A stretch of 59,831 bases of DNA, counting the filler. It is 5 parts of 5 records of this genome, joined end to end, with 100 filler letters (N's around TTAATTAATTAA, not from the genome) between each part and the next. Parts side by side here need not be neighbours in the genome. Positions count along the whole stretch, not along the records: positions 1 to 26,827 come from SRR31156797_1159; 4 more parts are not named here. One strand, written 5' to 3'. How positions within the stretch are numbered: the stretch's first letter is position 1; every line of letters begins with the position of its first letter. Below the pieces are notes generated by a model that saw only the letters and a list, made by a program, of their open reading frames with translations, was not told where the DNA came from and made no database searches. Below are positions 10,669-21,220 of the stretch, one piece after another. The translations under genes were made by a program, and so were the position numbers.

Positions 10669-12393
10669 TTATTTACTTATTAATTCATCTACATTTCTAT
10701 GGAGCTTTCTTATTGTTTCATAATCATCTTTTCTAAAAAATGTTAACAAATCAATAACTTCTTCTCTTGTTCTGCCTAAACTTAATAATGCTTCAGCACC
10801 TAATCTTAAGCTTCCCTCTGATGATTCTGGCATTGCCCATGATGCTCCATGTGCAAGAAGTAAATCTCTTGTTTTCATATTTTTAGTTCTAGCAAGAATT
10901 CTTAAGTTTGCACATCTTGTTCTTATATGGGAAACTATTTTTGAAGAGGTGTGATGGTTATCTACAGTGACAATAACTGCACTAGCTTTATCTAGTCCAA
11001 TGTGTGATAAAAAATCTAAATTGCTAAGTTCTCCAAAATAAACAGGTCTTCCCTCTTTTTGTCCTAATTCAACTCTTTCCAAATCTACATCAAAAGCAAC
11101 AAAAGGAACATTTGCATGATTTAGCATTGTAGCAACAAGTCTCCCCACTCTTCCGTAACCAGCTATAATAACACCTTTCCACTCTTCATCTGGGACATAA
11201 GCAGATTTTATTTCTACAGGAGTAGTATCAAACTTAGCAGATATCTTTTCACTTAAATTCACAACAAGTGGAGTTAAAAGCATACTAAATGATATGATTG
11301 TAACAGCAGCAACAAACATCTCATCCCCAATTACACCTAAAGCTTTTGCTGCTCCAAATAATACAAATCCAAATTCACCACTTTGAGCTAGAAGAAAAGA
11401 AACTGAAACTGCAGTTGATTTTTTATATCCAAGAAAAACCATAAGAACAAAAAGTGCAACAATCTTGATCCCCATAATTACAACTAGATGTTGAACTAAT
11501 AGAAGTGGATCATTCATCATCGCTTCTAAATCAATAGACATACCAACAGCAACAAAGAAAAGAGTCATAAGTAGACCTTTATATGGTTCAACTGTTGCTT
11601 GTATTTGATAGTGATATTTTGAACTTGATAAAATCATACCAATAATAAATGCACCTAAAGCCATAGATAATCCTGCATGCTCCATTGCCCAAGCAGCAAA
11701 AACAACAGCAGATATTACTGTGAAAAAAAATGCATCTTTATTTTGATGTTTTGCCAGATAATCAAGCACTTTTGGAATAAGATACTTACCAAATGCAAAA
11801 ACAGCAAGGATAAGACTTATTGCTATAAGAACTTGTTGCCATATAGGATGCCCTTCTGTAAGGTTACCTTTCTCTGCTAAAATTGGAACTAATGCCAAAA
11901 GAGGAACAACTGCCAAATCTTGCATAAGAAGGATTGAGAAACTGCTTTTTCCCATTGGTGTGTAAAGACCACCTTTTTCTTGAAGAATTTGCATTACAAA
12001 CGCTGTTGATGATAGTGCAAAAGTTAAACCCACTAACATAGCAACTTGCCAAGATGGTGAATAAAAGTATGAATATAGAAATATCAAGAATCCAGAAAAA
12101 AGGATTTGCCCACTTCCTAACCCAAAAACCTCTTTTCTCATACTCCAAAGTTTTTTTGGTTGCATCTCTAGCCCGATTACAAATAGAAGTAAAACTACTC
12201 CAAACTCTGTGATATGTCTAACAGATTCTACTTCTTTTGTTAAAATTGGTCCAGGAGAGTAGGGTCCTACAATAACCCCTGCAACTAATAAACCTAAAAT
12301 ACTTCCTAAACCTAGTCTTTTAGAAAGGGTAACTAATACAGTTGCCACAAGAAAAAGATAAAGAGTAGAGTTTAGCAAATGTGCATTTGACAT
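10669..12393 (-). CDS. KefB/KefC-type CPA2 K+/H+ antiporter with KTN domain
   Basis: EFGVVLLLFVIGLE, ALSSTAFV, QDLAVVP, QSGEFGFVLF, GYGRVG KTN motif. Confidence 0.9.
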   Translation of the reverse strand: MSNAHLLNSTLYLFLVATVLVTLSKRLGLGSILGLLVAGVIVGPYSPGPILTKEVESVRHITEFGVVLLLFVIGLEMQPKKLWSMRKEVFGLGSGQILFSGFLIFLYSYFYSPSWQVAMLVGLTFALSSTAFVMQILQEKGGLYTPMGKSSFSILLMQDLAVVPLLALVPILAEKGNLTEGHPIWQQVLIAISLILAVFAFGKYLIPKVLDYLAKHQNKDAFFFTVISAVVFAAWAMEHAGLSMALGAFIIGMILSSSKYHYQIQATVEPYKGLLMTLFFVAVGMSIDLEAMMNDPLLLVQHLVVIMGIKIVALFVLMVFLGYKKSTAVSVSFLLAQSGEFGFVLFGAAKALGVIGDEMFVAAVTIISFSMLLTPLVVNLSEKISAKFDTTPVEIKSAYVPDEEWKGVIIAGYGRVGRLVATMLNHANVPFVAFDVDLERVELGQKEGRPVYFGELSNLDFLSHIGLDKASAVIVTVDNHHTSSKIVSHIRTRCANLRILARTKNMKTRDLLLAHGASWAMPESSEGSLRLGAEALLSLGRTREEVIDLLTFFRKDDYETIRKLHRNVDELISK

Positions 12394-12610
12394 AGCAGTC
12401 CTTATTATTTTTTATTTACGAATATATTAAGAAGCATATTTTACTAAATAAAATTGAAGAGAATATTATATTTTTATAAAAGAGTTATATTTGCTTTGAA
12501 GCTTTGCTTTTAATATCACATTAATAATCATTTTTTCATTTATAAATATTTTTGAGTAATTAAGATATACTAAAATTGAGAAAAGTAATCACTATTAAAA
12601 TAGAGGATTC

Positions 12611-13288
12611 GTGGAAAAACTTAAAAATTTAAATTTACTTTATGTAGAAGATGAATTAAGAACAAAAGACAACTACACAAAAACTTTTAATATCATATTT
12701 AATCAAGTGTTTTCAACAGATAATTATGAAGATGCAATTGAAATATTTTTATCTAATTCAATAGATTTTATTTTGCTTGATATAGAATTAAAAAATGAAA
12801 AGGGTGGTTTTGATATCTCAAAAAAAATCAGAGAATACAATCCTACTATCCCAATTGTTTTTTTAACAGGACTAGATGAAAAAGATGTAATATTAGATGC
12901 AATAAATTCAAATATCAATGGATATATAATAAAGCCATTAAGTATTAATAAGTTTATCGAAATCACAAAGTCACTTTTCGATAAAAAAAGTATTTCTAGC
13001 AATTTGATTAGTTTTAAAGAATACAAATATAATTTTGATACTTATGAACTTTTTGACAAAAATGATGAATTGATAAAATTAGGGAAAAAAGAAACAAAAT
13101 TGTTATCTACATTTTTAAGAAATAAAGAAAAAATTCTAAGTAGAGAATTTTTAGAGTTTGAAGTTTGGGATGAACCTTTAGACTCAGATACTACATTAAA
13201 AAACTTAATATCAAGTCTAAGAAAAAAGATTGGTAAAAAGATGATAGTAAATATATCTAAACTTGGTTGGAAAATTGAAACTTGCTAA
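12611..13288 (+). CDS. OmpR-family response regulator
   Basis: YVEDE, LLDIEL phosphoacceptor, IKP, C-terminal winged helix; GTG start with GAGGA RBS. Confidence 0.9.
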   Translation: MEKLKNLNLLYVEDELRTKDNYTKTFNIIFNQVFSTDNYEDAIEIFLSNSIDFILLDIELKNEKGGFDISKKIREYNPTIPIVFLTGLDEKDVILDAINSNINGYIIKPLSINKFIEITKSLFDKKSISSNLISFKEYKYNFDTYELFDKNDELIKLGKKETKLLSTFLRNKEKILSREFLEFEVWDEPLDSDTTLKNLISSLRKKIGKKMIVNISKLGWKIETC

Positions 13289-15644
13289 AATATTTTTATT
13301 ATTACTAATTTTATTGACAAGTAGTTATGCAAAAGATTCAAGTGGTACAGAAGAAGGTGTTTTAGCTCTTCACCCTTTAGCAATGCTTTTACTAAAAAAA
13401 ACAGATACTTTACCATTAACAAAAAAAGAAAAGATTTTTTTGAAAAAAAAGAAAAAAATTATATTAGGTATTAATCCAACATGCTTACCTTATATTTATG
13501 AGACAAAAGATAAAAGAAATATTGGTTTTTTAGTAGATTTTTTAAATAAAATAAATAAGTTAAGTGGCATAGAATTTGAGCTAAAAGCAGGGAAATATGG
13601 CAATCTAATAAAAAACTCAAAAGATAAAGATATTGATGGATTAGTTACAAGTTTTAAAAGCAATAAGAATAAAAAAGATTTTAATTCTTCAATTTCTTTT
13701 TTAAAGCAACCCTTGAATATAGTTGTAAAGCACGGCAATCCTTTAAATATAAAAGAGATTAAAGACTTAAAAAACAAGACTATTGTTCTTCTAAAAGGGA
13801 ACCAATTTTTAAAAAGAGTAGTTAAAAAAAACTTTCCTGATTCAAAAATTATTTACAGAAATTTTTATGAAGATGTATTTGAAGAAGTTGTTTTTGGAAA
13901 AGCAGATGCAACAATAAATGAGGCTCCATTAAAGTATTTAAAAAATGAAAAGGGTCTTCCTTATTTAAACAAAGCCTTTACTCTTAATGAACAATCTGAG
14001 ATGTTTTTTTTATTGAAAAAAGATATGCCTGAAGCTATTAGTATTTTAAATAAAGCAATAAAAGCAATTCCAAATACTGAGATTAAAAATCTTTATTATA
14101 AATGGTTTGGAAGTTTTAGTTTTCACTCGAATGTTTTATCTCAAATAGATAAGGAATTTATTAAAAAAATAAAAAAAGTTAAAGTATGTACTGATTCTAC
14201 TTGGTATGCTTTTAATAAAGAAAATAGTAATCAAGAAAGTATTACTACTAAGTTTTTAGATATTGTTTTAGAAAGAGTAGGTTTAGAAAAAGATTTAATT
14301 CATACATCTACATGGGAACAATCACTATACTTATTAAAAAAAGGTGATTGTGATTTTATTTCAACAATTGCCAAAAGTGATGAAAATAGTAAATCAATAA
14401 AGTTTACAAAACCTTATACAAGTTATCCACTTATGCTAGCGACTCATATTGATAGTTCTTATTTATACAATTTAGATGATTTAAAAGATAAAAAAATTGC
14501 AATTATAAAAGATAAAGCTCTTTTGAAAAATTATAAATATAATAAAGAAAATTTAATTTATGTATCGACACCTTATGAAGGTCTCAAACTAGTTCAAGAA
14601 AAAAAAGTTTTTGCTTATGTTGATTTATTGCCAAAATTTATATCCATAATTGATGAATTTAATTACATAAAAATTAATAGAGAATTAGATTTAAGTGTAA
14701 ATATTCATATGGGATTTAGAACTACAGATAATCACTTATTTCATATAATTGAAAATTCATTATCAAGTATCAGTGATGTTGAAAAAACTAAAATATTTAG
14801 TAAAATTTTAAAAGAAAATCTAAGAAAAAAAGGAAACAAGGAGCTTATTGTTCAGGTATTTCTTGTTTTACTAGGAATAGTTTTTTTAGTTTTAATTTGG
14901 AATAGGCAACTAAATAGAAGTGTAAAAAAAGAGGTACAGAAAAATAAAGAACAGGAGAGTTTACTTTATTTCTACTCAAACCAAGATTCAATGAAAGATT
15001 TAGTTGGAAATATTTCACATCAGTGGAGACAACCTGTAAATGAACTTTCTTCATTACTTTTTTTTCTTGAAACAAAATTACATTTAAATCAAGATATTTC
15101 AATTGATGAAATTAAAGAAAATACTTTAAAATCGAGAGCAATTATTGATTATCTTTCAAATACAGTAAGTACTTTTTCAAATTATTATATAAATAAGAAT
15201 CCCGAAAGCAGAAGTAATATCTTGACCTTAGTAGAACAATCAATTTTTATTACAGATGGGTCTTTTAAAAAATTAAACACACAAATACAACTTGATATTA
15301 TAAATAGTGACCTGGAAGTTAAAGGACAGTTTTTACAGCAAGTAATTTTGGCAATACTAAATAATGCAAGAAATATAATTGTAGAAAGAAAAATAAGCAA
15401 TTCATTGATAAAAATAAAGCTTTATAAAAAAGAAAATAATGCAATTTTAGAGATTGAAGATAATTTTGGTGGAGTTGAAAAAATTGAAAATGTTTTTGAA
15501 TTAGGTACATCTAATACAAAAGAAGGAACAGGTTTAGGGTTATTTATCTCAAAGCGGATAATAGAAGATAAGTATGGTGGTAAAATAGATATTACAAATG
15601 TCAAAAATGGAGCATTATTCAAAATTCAAATACCGCTATTTTAA
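13263..15644 (+). CDS. Sensor histidine kinase with two periplasmic substrate-binding (PBPb) domains
   Basis: Signal-like N-terminus, duplicated PBPb-like repeats, TM helix, ISHQWRQP H-box, EDNFGG and GTGLGL boxes. Confidence 0.9.
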   Translation: MVGKLKLAKIFLLLLILLTSSYAKDSSGTEEGVLALHPLAMLLLKKTDTLPLTKKEKIFLKKKKKIILGINPTCLPYIYETKDKRNIGFLVDFLNKINKLSGIEFELKAGKYGNLIKNSKDKDIDGLVTSFKSNKNKKDFNSSISFLKQPLNIVVKHGNPLNIKEIKDLKNKTIVLLKGNQFLKRVVKKNFPDSKIIYRNFYEDVFEEVVFGKADATINEAPLKYLKNEKGLPYLNKAFTLNEQSEMFFLLKKDMPEAISILNKAIKAIPNTEIKNLYYKWFGSFSFHSNVLSQIDKEFIKKIKKVKVCTDSTWYAFNKENSNQESITTKFLDIVLERVGLEKDLIHTSTWEQSLYLLKKGDCDFISTIAKSDENSKSIKFTKPYTSYPLMLATHIDSSYLYNLDDLKDKKIAIIKDKALLKNYKYNKENLIYVSTPYEGLKLVQEKKVFAYVDLLPKFISIIDEFNYIKINRELDLSVNIHMGFRTTDNHLFHIIENSLSSISDVEKTKIFSKILKENLRKKGNKELIVQVFLVLLGIVFLVLIWNRQLNRSVKKEVQKNKEQESLLYFYSNQDSMKDLVGNISHQWRQPVNELSSLLFFLETKLHLNQDISIDEIKENTLKSRAIIDYLSNTVSTFSNYYINKNPESRSNILTLVEQSIFITDGSFKKLNTQIQLDIINSDLEVKGQFLQQVILAILNNARNIIVERKISNSLIKIKLYKKENNAILEIEDNFGGVEKIENVFELGTSNTKEGTGLGLFISKRIIEDKYGGKIDITNVKNGALFKIQIPLF

Positions 15645-15650
15645 TAAAAA

Positions 15651-15701
15651 TGAAATTAACTATCAAAATCAGTCTGAAAACATACTTTTTTTCCTTATAA
15701 T
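15651..15701 (+). promoter_or_regulatory. Possible Fur-family box and -10 element upstream of the porin/nik operon
   Basis: TGAAATT-A-ACTATCA (15651-15665), 3 mismatches to the 7-1-7 Fur consensus TGATAAT-N-ATTATCA; TATAAT at 15696-15701; AT-rich background weakens the call. Confidence 0.35.
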
Positions 15702-15730
15702 TTTTTTATAATTTTTACATAAGGAAAAAA

Positions 15731-16885
15731 ATGAAGAAAAAATATTTAAGTTTGCCTTTTGCTCTTTTATCTTTGATAACAGCATCTAATGCATCATCTC
15801 TTCAAGATGCATTATCTAATGGAAAAGTAAGTGGTGCATTACAAGCATACTACTTTGCAAGAGACAAAGAAAATGGTACTGATAATGATATTTTAACTTT
15901 AGGTTTAGATATTAGTTATGAAACACAAAAATATAATGGCTTTGGAGCAAAAGTAACTTTTCAAAGTGCAAGTTCACCTTGGGTTGATGAAGATGGTAAA
16001 ACTGCAAGAAAAAGTAATATGTGGGGTTCAGGGGCACGACTTTCTGAAGCTTATTTTTCTTATGATATAGCAAATACAACTGCAAAAGTTGGTAGAATGT
16101 ATTTTTGGTCTCCTGTATTAGGAGGAAGTGGTTCAAGAGTTAATAAAGAAGCTTTTGAAGGAATAACATTCTCAAATAAAGATATTCCTGATACTACAGT
16201 TACTTTTGCATATATGAATAAATTTCAAGCAAGAACTGATGGTGAAGGTAATATTGGTAAATTTACAAAAATATTTAAAACTGCTGCTGCCCCATGGTCT
16301 TTTGAATTAGATGATGGAGCATATACTATAGCTTTAAAGAACAATTCTATTGAAAACTTAACTTTATCTGCTGCATATGTTGATGCAATAGATGCCTTTG
16401 AAACTACATATTTAGAGGCTTCATATAAGTTTTCTAACTATTCTATTTCAACTCAACATTATGATAGTCAAGAAGATGGAGAAAAAAGTGGAGATTTATT
16501 TGGTATTCAAGGAACTGCTGAGTTTGGACCTCTAAGTTTTACTGCTGCATATACTACAACAGGAGATGATGCTGATGTTATTCCTGGACTTGGAAATGGT
16601 GCAGACTTGGCTTATACTTGGTCTGAAGCACTAGCTTATCAATATGCTGCAGATCTTGATTCTACAAAAGTATTAGCTAAATATAAAATTAATAAAGCAG
16701 CTTATGTAAGTGTTGCTTACTTAGAAGAAGATGGTGCAGATTATAAGAATGGTTATACAAACCTTGTAACTGGATACAAGTTTTCAGGAGATTTAAAAGG
16801 ATTAGATTTAAAAGTTGCTTATGAAATTGCAAGTAAAGATGCAGAAGATGATGAGTTAAGAGTTAGATTAAATTATAAGTTTTAA
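15731..16885 (+). CDS. OprD/Occ-family outer membrane porin
   Basis: Signal peptide, SLQDALSNGKVSG start typical of Campylobacterota porins, LSEAY, terminal ELRVRLNYKF. Confidence 0.85.
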   Translation: MKKKYLSLPFALLSLITASNASSLQDALSNGKVSGALQAYYFARDKENGTDNDILTLGLDISYETQKYNGFGAKVTFQSASSPWVDEDGKTARKSNMWGSGARLSEAYFSYDIANTTAKVGRMYFWSPVLGGSGSRVNKEAFEGITFSNKDIPDTTVTFAYMNKFQARTDGEGNIGKFTKIFKTAAAPWSFELDDGAYTIALKNNSIENLTLSAAYVDAIDAFETTYLEASYKFSNYSISTQHYDSQEDGEKSGDLFGIQGTAEFGPLSFTAAYTTTGDDADVIPGLGNGADLAYTWSEALAYQYAADLDSTKVLAKYKINKAAYVSVAYLEEDGADYKNGYTNLVTGYKFSGDLKGLDLKVAYEIASKDAEDDELRVRLNYKF

Positions 16886-16902
16886 TATATAGGAGAAGTA
16901 AA

Positions 16903-18513
16903 ATGTTATTAAAAAATAAATTTATTGCAAGTTCTTTACTTGCAGTTTCTTTGTTTGTAGGTGGAACAAATCTTACAGCAAAAGAAGAAACAATAAAAAA
17001 CCAATTAACTTATGTTAACTATAGAGATTTAAGAGATTTAAATCCTCACCTTTATGGAGGAGAACTTTTTGCACAAAATCTATTATTTGAATCTCTAATA
17101 AAAATTGAAAATGATGGTTCTTATGTTCCTTGGCTTGCAAAAAGCTGGGAGATAAAAGATAGTGGAAAAACATATGTATTTAAATTAAGAGATGATGTGT
17201 TTTTTCATGATGGAGAAAAGTTTAATGCAAAAGCAGCAAAAGCAAACTTTGATGCTCTACTAGATAATAGTAAAAGACATGGTTGGCTTGAGTCAATAAG
17301 GTTAATGCTTGAAGTTCAAAAATCAGGTAGAGAAGCTATTGAGGCAAGTGGAGAATATGAGCTTACATTGCATCTGTCATCACCATATTATCCGTTGTTA
17401 ACAGAACTTGGAGTTACTAGACCATTTAGATTTATCTCTCCAAAATCATTTAAAAATGGAACAACAAAAAATGGTGTTACAAAAATGAGTGGGACAGGTT
17501 CTTATCTTTTAGAAAGTAATAAAGTAGATGAATATTCTGTATTTGTTAGAAACGATAATTATTGGGGTAAAAAACCTAATATCCAAAGAATTGTAGCAAA
17601 AGTTATTCCTGACCCACAAACAAGACTTTTAGCTTTACAAAGTGGAGAAATTGATTTGATTTTTGGACCAAATATGATTAGTGCTGATGCTTATAATACT
17701 TATAGTAATAGCCCAGGCTTTAAAGGTCTTATGTCTGAGCCTATTTCAACAAGAATGATGCTTTTAAATACAACTCATCCTATTTTAAAAGATGTAAGAG
17801 TTAGACAAGCTTTATCTCATGCAACTGATAAAGTGAAAATTTCAAAAGGTTTATTTGATGGGATTGAAGCTCCTGCAGATACACTTATGTCAAAAAATAC
17901 TCCATACTCTGATATTGGATTAAAACCTTATTCATTTAGTTTTGAGAAAGCAAGAAAACTTTTAGATGATGCAGGTTGGAAAAAAGTTGAAGGTAAAAAA
18001 TACAGACAAAAAGATGGTAAAGATTTAGAGATTATATTAAATTATGATTCAAATAAAGTAACTGATAACAATATTGCAGAGTTTTTACAAAGTCAGTATG
18101 GAAAGATTGGTGTTCATTTAAATATAAAAGGTGAAGAGGAACAAGCTTATAGAGATAGAATGAAAACAGGTGATTTTGTAATTACTTTTAATATTGGTTG
18201 GGGTGTTCCTTATGATCCACAATCATTTTTAGGTGGAATGAGAAAGCCAGTTTATGGTGATTATATGGCACAACAAGGTTTAAAAAACAAAAAAGAACTT
18301 GATAATCAAATCTTAGCAGCACTTAAAAGTACTGATGAAACAAAAAGGCAAGAACATTATAAATATGTATTAGAAACATTACATAATCAAGCTGTTTATT
18401 TACCTCTAACATATAAAAGAAATAGAGCAATTTTTAGTGAAAAAGTAAAAGGCGTGAGTTTTAATATTTCACAATATGAAGTACCTATGGAAAAAATGAG
18501 TATAGAGAAATAG
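16903..18513 (+). CDS. nikA: Nickel/metallophore ABC substrate-binding protein (NikA/CntA-like), copy 1
   Basis: RDLNPHLY, PWLAKSW, FHDGEKFNA, ELGVTRPFRFISP, WGVPYDPQSF. Confidence 0.85.
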   Translation: MLLKNKFIASSLLAVSLFVGGTNLTAKEETIKNQLTYVNYRDLRDLNPHLYGGELFAQNLLFESLIKIENDGSYVPWLAKSWEIKDSGKTYVFKLRDDVFFHDGEKFNAKAAKANFDALLDNSKRHGWLESIRLMLEVQKSGREAIEASGEYELTLHLSSPYYPLLTELGVTRPFRFISPKSFKNGTTKNGVTKMSGTGSYLLESNKVDEYSVFVRNDNYWGKKPNIQRIVAKVIPDPQTRLLALQSGEIDLIFGPNMISADAYNTYSNSPGFKGLMSEPISTRMMLLNTTHPILKDVRVRQALSHATDKVKISKGLFDGIEAPADTLMSKNTPYSDIGLKPYSFSFEKARKLLDDAGWKKVEGKKYRQKDGKDLEIILNYDSNKVTDNNIAEFLQSQYGKIGVHLNIKGEEEQAYRDRMKTGDFVITFNIGWGVPYDPQSFLGGMRKPVYGDYMAQQGLKNKKELDNQILAALKSTDETKRQEHYKYVLETLHNQAVYLPLTYKRNRAIFSEKVKGVSFNISQYEVPMEKMSIEK

Positions 18514-18630
18514 TTATACTATAAACAAAATGTAATCCTAAAATATGAAGATAAGGGAAGATTAAGAAAATTACTTTATAATCCAACTTTTGCGACGAAG
18601 TTGCATTTATATTTTAAGTAGGATTATTAC

Positions 18631-20238
18631 ATGAAAAAACCATTTTCAGTTTTATTGTTGGCTTTTTATTTACTAACAATAGCATCAAGTGAAGTTTTTG
18701 CTTCAACAAAAAAAGAGGAGTTTAAGTCAACTTTGATTTATGTAAACTTTAGAGATATTAGAGATTTAAACCCTCATTTGTATGGTGGAGAATTATATGC
18801 ACAAAACCTTTTATATGAGGGGTTAGTAAAAAATGCTGAGGATGGAACAATAAAGCCTTGGCTAGCAAAAAGTTGGAAACTTTTAGCTGATGGTTCAACA
18901 TATGTTTTTCAGTTAAGAGAAGATGTTTTTTTTCATGATGGAGAAAAGTTCAATGCAAAAGCAGCAAAAGCAAATTTTGATGCTATTTTAGATAATTACA
19001 AAAGACACGCATGGCTTGAGTCTATGAAACTTTTAAAAGCAGTTTTAGATAAAGGGCAAGAACCTTTTGAAGTAACAGGAGAATATGAACTTACGATAAG
19101 ATTAGGTAAGCCATATTATCCATTTCTTTCTGAACTTGGAATGACTAGACCCCTTCGTTTTATTTCACCAAAAGCATTTAAAAATGGTGGAACAAAAAAG
19201 GGTGTTACTAAGTTTAGTGGTACGGGAAGTTATTTTTTAGCTGAAAATCATATTGATGAGTATGCAGTATTTAAAGCAAATACAAACTATTGGGGTGAAA
19301 AACCAAAAATAGAAAAAGTAATTGTTAAGGTTATCCCAGATAATCAAACAAGAGTTTTAGCTCTTAAAAATGGAGAAATTGACTTAATCTATGGTGCAAA
19401 TATGATTGATGCTGAAACAGTTGAACAGTTTAAAAATACTTCAGGGTTTAAAGTACATATGTCTAATCCTGTCTCAAGTAGAATGCTTATGTTAAACACA
19501 GCAAATGGAGTTTTAAAAGATATAAAAGTAAGACAAGCATTATCTCATGCCATAAATAAAGTTGCAATTTCAAAAGGTTTATTTAATGGTATTGAAACAC
19601 CTGCAGATACTTTATTTGCTAAAAATATACCTTATGCCAATATAGATTTAAAACCTTATGAATATGATATTCAAAAAGCAAAAAAAATACTTAAAGAAGC
19701 TGGTTGGGAAAAAGTAGATAACAGTAAATATGTAATGAAAGATGGTAAAGAATTAGCAGTTAAATTTAACTATGATACAAACAAAATTATAGATAAAAGA
19801 ATTGCGGAATATTTACAACAAGAATTAAGTAAAATTGGTGTTAAGATACAGATTTTTGGTGAAGAAAAACAAGCTTTTCAAGATAGACAAAAATCGGGCG
19901 ATTTTCAAATTATGACTGGATATACTTGGGGAACACCATATGACCCACAATCATATATAAGTTCAATGAGAGCATCTATTCACGGTGATTATATGGCTCA
20001 GCTTGGACTTGAAGAAAAACCTAAAATTGATGAAACAATTTTAAAAATTCTTGAAACAAGTGATGAAAATAAAAGGCAAGATTATTATAATTATGTGCTA
20101 AGAACTCTTCATGAAAAAGCAGTTTATATACCACTTACATATTCAAGAAATATAGCAATTAACAGCAATAGAATAGAAAATATCAAATTTAATAATTCTA
20201 AATTTGAAGTACCAATTGAAAAAATAAAGATTAAATAA
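18631..20238 (+). CDS. nikA: Nickel/metallophore ABC substrate-binding protein, tandem copy 2
   Basis: Same motifs as copy 1 (RDLNPHLYGGE, ELGMTRPLRFISP, WGTPYDPQSY). Confidence 0.85.
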   Translation: MKKPFSVLLLAFYLLTIASSEVFASTKKEEFKSTLIYVNFRDIRDLNPHLYGGELYAQNLLYEGLVKNAEDGTIKPWLAKSWKLLADGSTYVFQLREDVFFHDGEKFNAKAAKANFDAILDNYKRHAWLESMKLLKAVLDKGQEPFEVTGEYELTIRLGKPYYPFLSELGMTRPLRFISPKAFKNGGTKKGVTKFSGTGSYFLAENHIDEYAVFKANTNYWGEKPKIEKVIVKVIPDNQTRVLALKNGEIDLIYGANMIDAETVEQFKNTSGFKVHMSNPVSSRMLMLNTANGVLKDIKVRQALSHAINKVAISKGLFNGIETPADTLFAKNIPYANIDLKPYEYDIQKAKKILKEAGWEKVDNSKYVMKDGKELAVKFNYDTNKIIDKRIAEYLQQELSKIGVKIQIFGEEKQAFQDRQKSGDFQIMTGYTWGTPYDPQSYISSMRASIHGDYMAQLGLEEKPKIDETILKILETSDENKRQDYYNYVLRTLHEKAVYIPLTYSRNIAINSNRIENIKFNNSKFEVPIEKIKIK

Positions 20239-20259
20239 AAAGCCTAAAAGGCTTTTTAT
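20235..20259 (+). terminator. Stem-loop between nikA2 and nikB
   Basis: ATAAAAAGCCT-AAA-AGGCTTTTTAT perfect inverted repeat. Confidence 0.6.
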
Positions 20260-20275
20260 AAGTAAAGGATTATTT

Positions 20276-21220
20276 ATAAAAAACTATATAATAAAAAGAC
20301 TATTTTTAACAATCCCAATGCTATTTGCAATAAGTTTTATTGCATTTGGATTGACTACATTTATCCCTTCAGATCCAGCAGAAGTTGCCTTAAGAATAAA
20401 TGAGATTATACCGACAGCAGAAGCTATTGAAGAGATGATAATAGAACTTGGTATGGATAAACCTTTTTTAGTTAGATACGCTTATTGGTTAGTTGACCTT
20501 TTTCATTTAGATTTGGGAAATTCTTATATCAATAATAATAGAACAGTAATAGGCGAGATAGCAAGAAGTTTACCTGCAACTTTGACTTTAGCTTTTTTTG
20601 CTTTTGTTATTGTTATTGTTATAAGTATTCCAATTGGTGTTTTAAGTGCAATTTATAAAGATAGTTTATTTGATAGAATTGTAAGACTTATTGTGTTTAT
20701 TGCTACTGCTATGCCAAATTACTGGATGGGATTACTTTTAATATGGCTTTTTGCATTAGAATTTAGATTACTTCCTACAAGTGGCGCTACATCCTTGACA
20801 CATTTTATTTTACCTGCTGTTACACTTAGTTTAAATTATATTGCAATGTATGTAAGACTTATACGGAATAGTATGCTTGATAAGATGAAAGAAGATTTTG
20901 TTTTTTATTTAAATGTTAGAGGAATCAAACAAATAAGTATTGTACTGAAACATTTAGTTAAAAACTCTTTGCAAACTTCTGTGAATGCATTGGGAATTAG
21001 TATTGTTTTACTAATTGCAGGAACATTTGTAATTGAAAATATATTTGCTATTCCTGGAATAGGAAGATTGTGTATTACATCAATTTTTAATAGAGACTAC
21101 CCAATGATTCAGGGTTATATTTTGATGATGGGATTTTTATTTGTGTTTGTGAATTTAATAATTGATATAGTTCAGGTATATCTAGACCCAAGACTAAAAA
21201 AAGGAGTAAAAGGCGCATGA
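20276..21220 (+). CDS. nikB: ABC transporter permease NikB/DppB-like (probable ATA start)
   Basis: In-frame ATA at 20276, 6 nt after AAGGA, restores (M)KNYIIKRLF; DPAEVAL, DLGNSY, ENIFAIPGIG, RDYPMIQG, LDPRL. Confidence 0.85.
   Translation: MKNYIIKRLFLTIPMLFAISFIAFGLTTFIPSDPAEVALRINEIIPTAEAIEEMIIELGMDKPFLVRYAYWLVDLFHLDLGNSYINNNRTVIGEIARSLPATLTLAFFAFVIVIVISIPIGVLSAIYKDSLFDRIVRLIVFIATAMPNYWMGLLLIWLFALEFRLLPTSGATSLTHFILPAVTLSLNYIAMYVRLIRNSMLDKMKEDFVFYLNVRGIKQISIVLKHLVKNSLQTSVNALGISIVLLIAGTFVIENIFAIPGIGRLCITSIFNRDYPMIQGYILMMGFLFVFVNLIIDIVQVYLDPRLKKGVKGA

Noticed and set aside
12500-12600. Fur/NikR-like boxes upstream of the response regulator
   Set aside because: At least four mismatches to consensus in extremely AT-rich DNA; not distinguishable from background.
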